DNA from: Aeromicrobium stalagmiti
GTDB lineage: Bacteria; Actinomycetota; Actinomycetes; Propionibacteriales; Nocardioidaceae
Assembly: GCF_013283745.1 (NCBI RefSeq)
Contig: NZ_JABSTZ010000001.1
Coordinates: forward strand, 428,406 to 452,405
DNA length: 24,000 nt
Direction of reading: 5' to 3'
The position numbers and the translations under genes were made by a program. This document shows, one piece after another, positions 21,976-24,000 of this stretch. Numbering within the stretch: position 1 is the first letter of the stretch; every line of letters begins with the position of its first letter. Under the pieces are notes generated by a model. It saw only the letters and a program-made list of their open reading frames with translations, ran no database searches and was not told where the DNA came from.

Positions 21976-24000
21976 GCCTGGCGGTCCTCCAGGTCTCCCT
22001 CGATGTCGAGGTAGACCTGCTGCATCTGCGCGAGCAGGTCGGCGTCGGGCTCGGCCCACAGGTCGCGGTCGACGGCCTCGTTGAGCCGCTCGATGATGCC
22101 GCGCAACGCCCAGGGGTTCGACTTCTTCATGAACGCCTGGTTGGTCTCGTCGAGGACGTACTCGTTGGCGAGGGTCTCGTACATCCAGTCGTGCACGACG
22201 CCGGTCGTGGCGTCGAACCCGAAGAGGTAGTCGACGGTCGCGGCCAGCTCGAACGCACCCTTGTAGCCGTGGCGCTGCATCGCGCCGATCCAGCGGGGGT
22301 TGACGACGCGGGCGCGGAACACGCGCGTCGTCTCCTCCTGCAGCGTGCGGGTGCGCACCGCATCGGGCGTGGTCGAGTCGCCGACGTACGCCTTGGGGTC
22401 CTGGCCCGTCAGCGCACGGACCGTCGCCACCATGCCGCCGTGGTACTGGAAGTAGTCGTCGGAGTCGGCGATGTCGTGCTCGCGGGTGTCGATGTTCTTG
22501 GCCGCGACCGCGATGCGGCGGTAGTTGGCGCGCATGTCGTCGGCGGCCGGTGCCCCGTCGAGGTCGCGGCCGTACGCGAAGCCGCCCCACGCCGTGTAGA
22601 CCTCGGCGAGGTCGTTGTCGTTCTTCCAGTTGCCGGCCTCGATGACCTGCAGGATGCCCGCGCCGTACGAGCCCGGCTTCGAGCCGTAGATGCGGGTCGT
22701 GGCGCGGCGCTCGTCGCCGTGCTCGGCGAGATCGGCCTGGGCGTGGGCCCGGACGTAGTTCCGGTCAGCCGGCTCGTCGAGGTCGGCGACCTGGCGGATT
22801 GCGTCGTCGAGGATGCCGATGACGTGCGGGAACGCGTCGCGGAAGAAGCCCGAGATGCGGACCGTGACGTCAATGCGGGGGCGGTCGAGCTCGTCGAGCG
22901 GCACGACCCGCAGGCCGTTGACCCGGCGGGACGCGGGGTCCCACTCCGGCTCGACGCCGATCAGCGCGAGCACCTCGGCGATGTCGTCGCCGGACGTGCG
23001 CATCGCCGACGTGCCCCACACCGAGAGGCCGACCGACCTCGGGTACTCGCCGGTGTCGGCGAGGTGCCGCTCGATCAGCGAGTCGGCCATGGCGCGACCG
23101 GTCTCCCACGCGAGGCGGGACGGCACGGCCTTGGGGTCGACGGTGTAGAAGTTGCGACCCGTGGGCAGGACGTTGACCAGACCGCGCAGCGGCGACCCGG
23201 ACGGCCCGGCGGGGATGAAGCCTCCGTCGAGGGCGTGCAGCACGTGGTCGAGCTCGTCGGTGGTCTGCGCCAGACGCGGCACGACCTCGGTCGCGGCGAA
23301 CTCGAGCACGCGGACGACGTCGGGAACGTCGGTGAGGGTGCGGGCGACCGAGGCGTCCCAGTCGGCCGCTTCCATGGCCAGCACCAGCGCACGGGCCTGC
23401 TCCTCGATCTGGTCGATGGCGCCGAGGTGGCCGTCGCCCTCCTTGAGGCCCAGGGCGGCACGCAGACCGGGGACGGCACCGGCGTCGCCGCCCCAGATCT
23501 GGCTGGCGCGCAGGATCGAGAGCACGAGGTTGACCCGCGCCTCCCCTGCCGGCGCCTGGCCGAGCACGTGCAGCCCGTCGCGGATCTGGGCGTCCTTGAT
23601 CTCGCACAGCCAGCCGTCGACGTTGAAGATGAAGTCGTCGAACTCCTCCTCGTCGGGGATGTCGTCGAGGCCGAGGTCGCGGTGCATCTCCGCGGCCCGC
23701 ATGTGCGTCCAGATCTGCGACCGGATCGCCGGCAGCTTGGCCGGGTCCATGGCCGCGATGTTGGCGTACTCGTCGAGCAGCTGCTCGAGCTTGGCGATGT
23801 CGCCGTAGGACTCCGCGCGGGCCATCGGCGGGATCAGGTGGTCGACGATCGTGGCGTGGGCGCGGCGCTTGGCCTGCGCGCCCTCGCCCGGGTCGTTGAC
23901 GAGGAACGGGTAGATCAGCGGCATGTTGCCGATCGCGGCGTCGGTGCCGCAGGACGCCGACAGGGCCGCGTTCTTGCCCGGCAGCCACTCCATCGAGCCG
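21972..24000 (-). CDS. cobN: Cobaltochelatase large subunit CobN (C-terminal roughly 675 aa; 5' part lies beyond the window)
   Basis: The frame stays open to the window edge. Conserved CobN/Mg-chelatase (CobN-BchH) blocks include LIYPFLVNDPGEGAQAKRRAHATIVDHL, NVLPTGRNFY, VWGTSAMRTSGDDIAEVL and VNPRWIGAMQRHGYKGAFE. Confidence 0.9.
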   Translation of the reverse strand, partial: GSMEWLPGKNAALSASCGTDAAIGNMPLIYPFLVNDPGEGAQAKRRAHATIVDHLIPPMARAESYGDIAKLEQLLDEYANIAAMDPAKLPAIRSQIWTHMRAAEMHRDLGLDDIPDEEEFDDFIFNVDGWLCEIKDAQIRDGLHVLGQAPAGEARVNLVLSILRASQIWGGDAGAVPGLRAALGLKEGDGHLGAIDQIEEQARALVLAMEAADWDASVARTLTDVPDVVRVLEFAATEVVPRLAQTTDELDHVLHALDGGFIPAGPSGSPLRGLVNVLPTGRNFYTVDPKAVPSRLAWETGRAMADSLIERHLADTGEYPRSVGLSVWGTSAMRTSGDDIAEVLALIGVEPEWDPASRRVNGLRVVPLDELDRPRIDVTVRISGFFRDAFPHVIGILDDAIRQVADLDEPADRNYVRAHAQADLAEHGDERRATTRIYGSKPGSYGAGILQVIEAGNWKNDNDLAEVYTAWGGFAYGRDLDGAPAADDMRANYRRIAVAAKNIDTREHDIADSDDYFQYHGGMVATVRALTGQDPKAYVGDSTTPDAVRTRTLQEETTRVFRARVVNPRWIGAMQRHGYKGAFELAATVDYLFGFDATTGVVHDWMYETLANEYVLDETNQAFMKKSNPWALRGIIERLNEAVDRDLWAEPDADLLAQMQQVYLDIEGDLEDRQA

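Noticed and set aside
21976-22590. Upstream extension making the cobF ORF 460 aa
   Set aside because: It overlaps the cobN 3' region. CobF homology starts at the ATG at 21975, which is coupled to the cobN stop.
1-24000. Mobile elements, CRISPR arrays, tRNA/rRNA genes, riboswitches
   Set aside because: No transposase- or integrase-like ORFs, terminal inverted repeats, spaced direct-repeat arrays or long non-coding gaps were seen. The largest intergenic regions are about 100-120 bp and are accounted for by promoters and operators. Any cobalamin riboswitch for cobN would lie beyond the right window edge.

Overview
Very GC-rich, almost fully coding (about 23 CDS) chromosomal window that looks actinobacterial, judged from codon style, ESX-type genes and an IdeR/DmdR-type iron box. 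No tRNA, rRNA, CRISPR array or transposase was seen. Left to right the window holds the following. (1) The tail of a type VII (ESX-like) secretion operon: the 3' end of a membrane protein, a Sec-signal, acidic, low-complexity protein with an LPAAG+TM+basic C-terminus, eccB and mycP. (2) A PAP2 phosphatase and a quinone-oxidoreductase-type MDR dehydrogenase. (3) The most interesting block, a minus-strand, five-gene, translationally coupled NRPS-independent (NIS) hydroxamate siderophore operon behind a 16/19 iron box. Its genes are a PLP decarboxylase, a diamine N-monooxygenase, a fused N-acyltransferase::IucA/IucC synthetase, a penicillin-acylase-family Ntn hydrolase with no signal peptide, and a second stand-alone acyltransferase paralogue. 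The last two genes are not part of the canonical desABCD scheme and suggest an acylation/deacylation step. (4) Two regulator-coupled aldo/keto reductase modules (MmyB-like XRE + AKR; MerR + AKR divergent from SRPBCC + ABM), and a DUF2461 gene. (5) A secreted Cys-rich SGNH/GDSL hydrolase. (6) A TetR/MFS(DHA2) divergon with an array of six alternating ATCGAAC half-sites. (7) cobF and the C-terminal half of cobN. Many long ORFs in the six-frame track are GC-driven shadow frames or upstream extensions of real genes and were rejected. All family assignments come from motif recognition by eye, not from searches.
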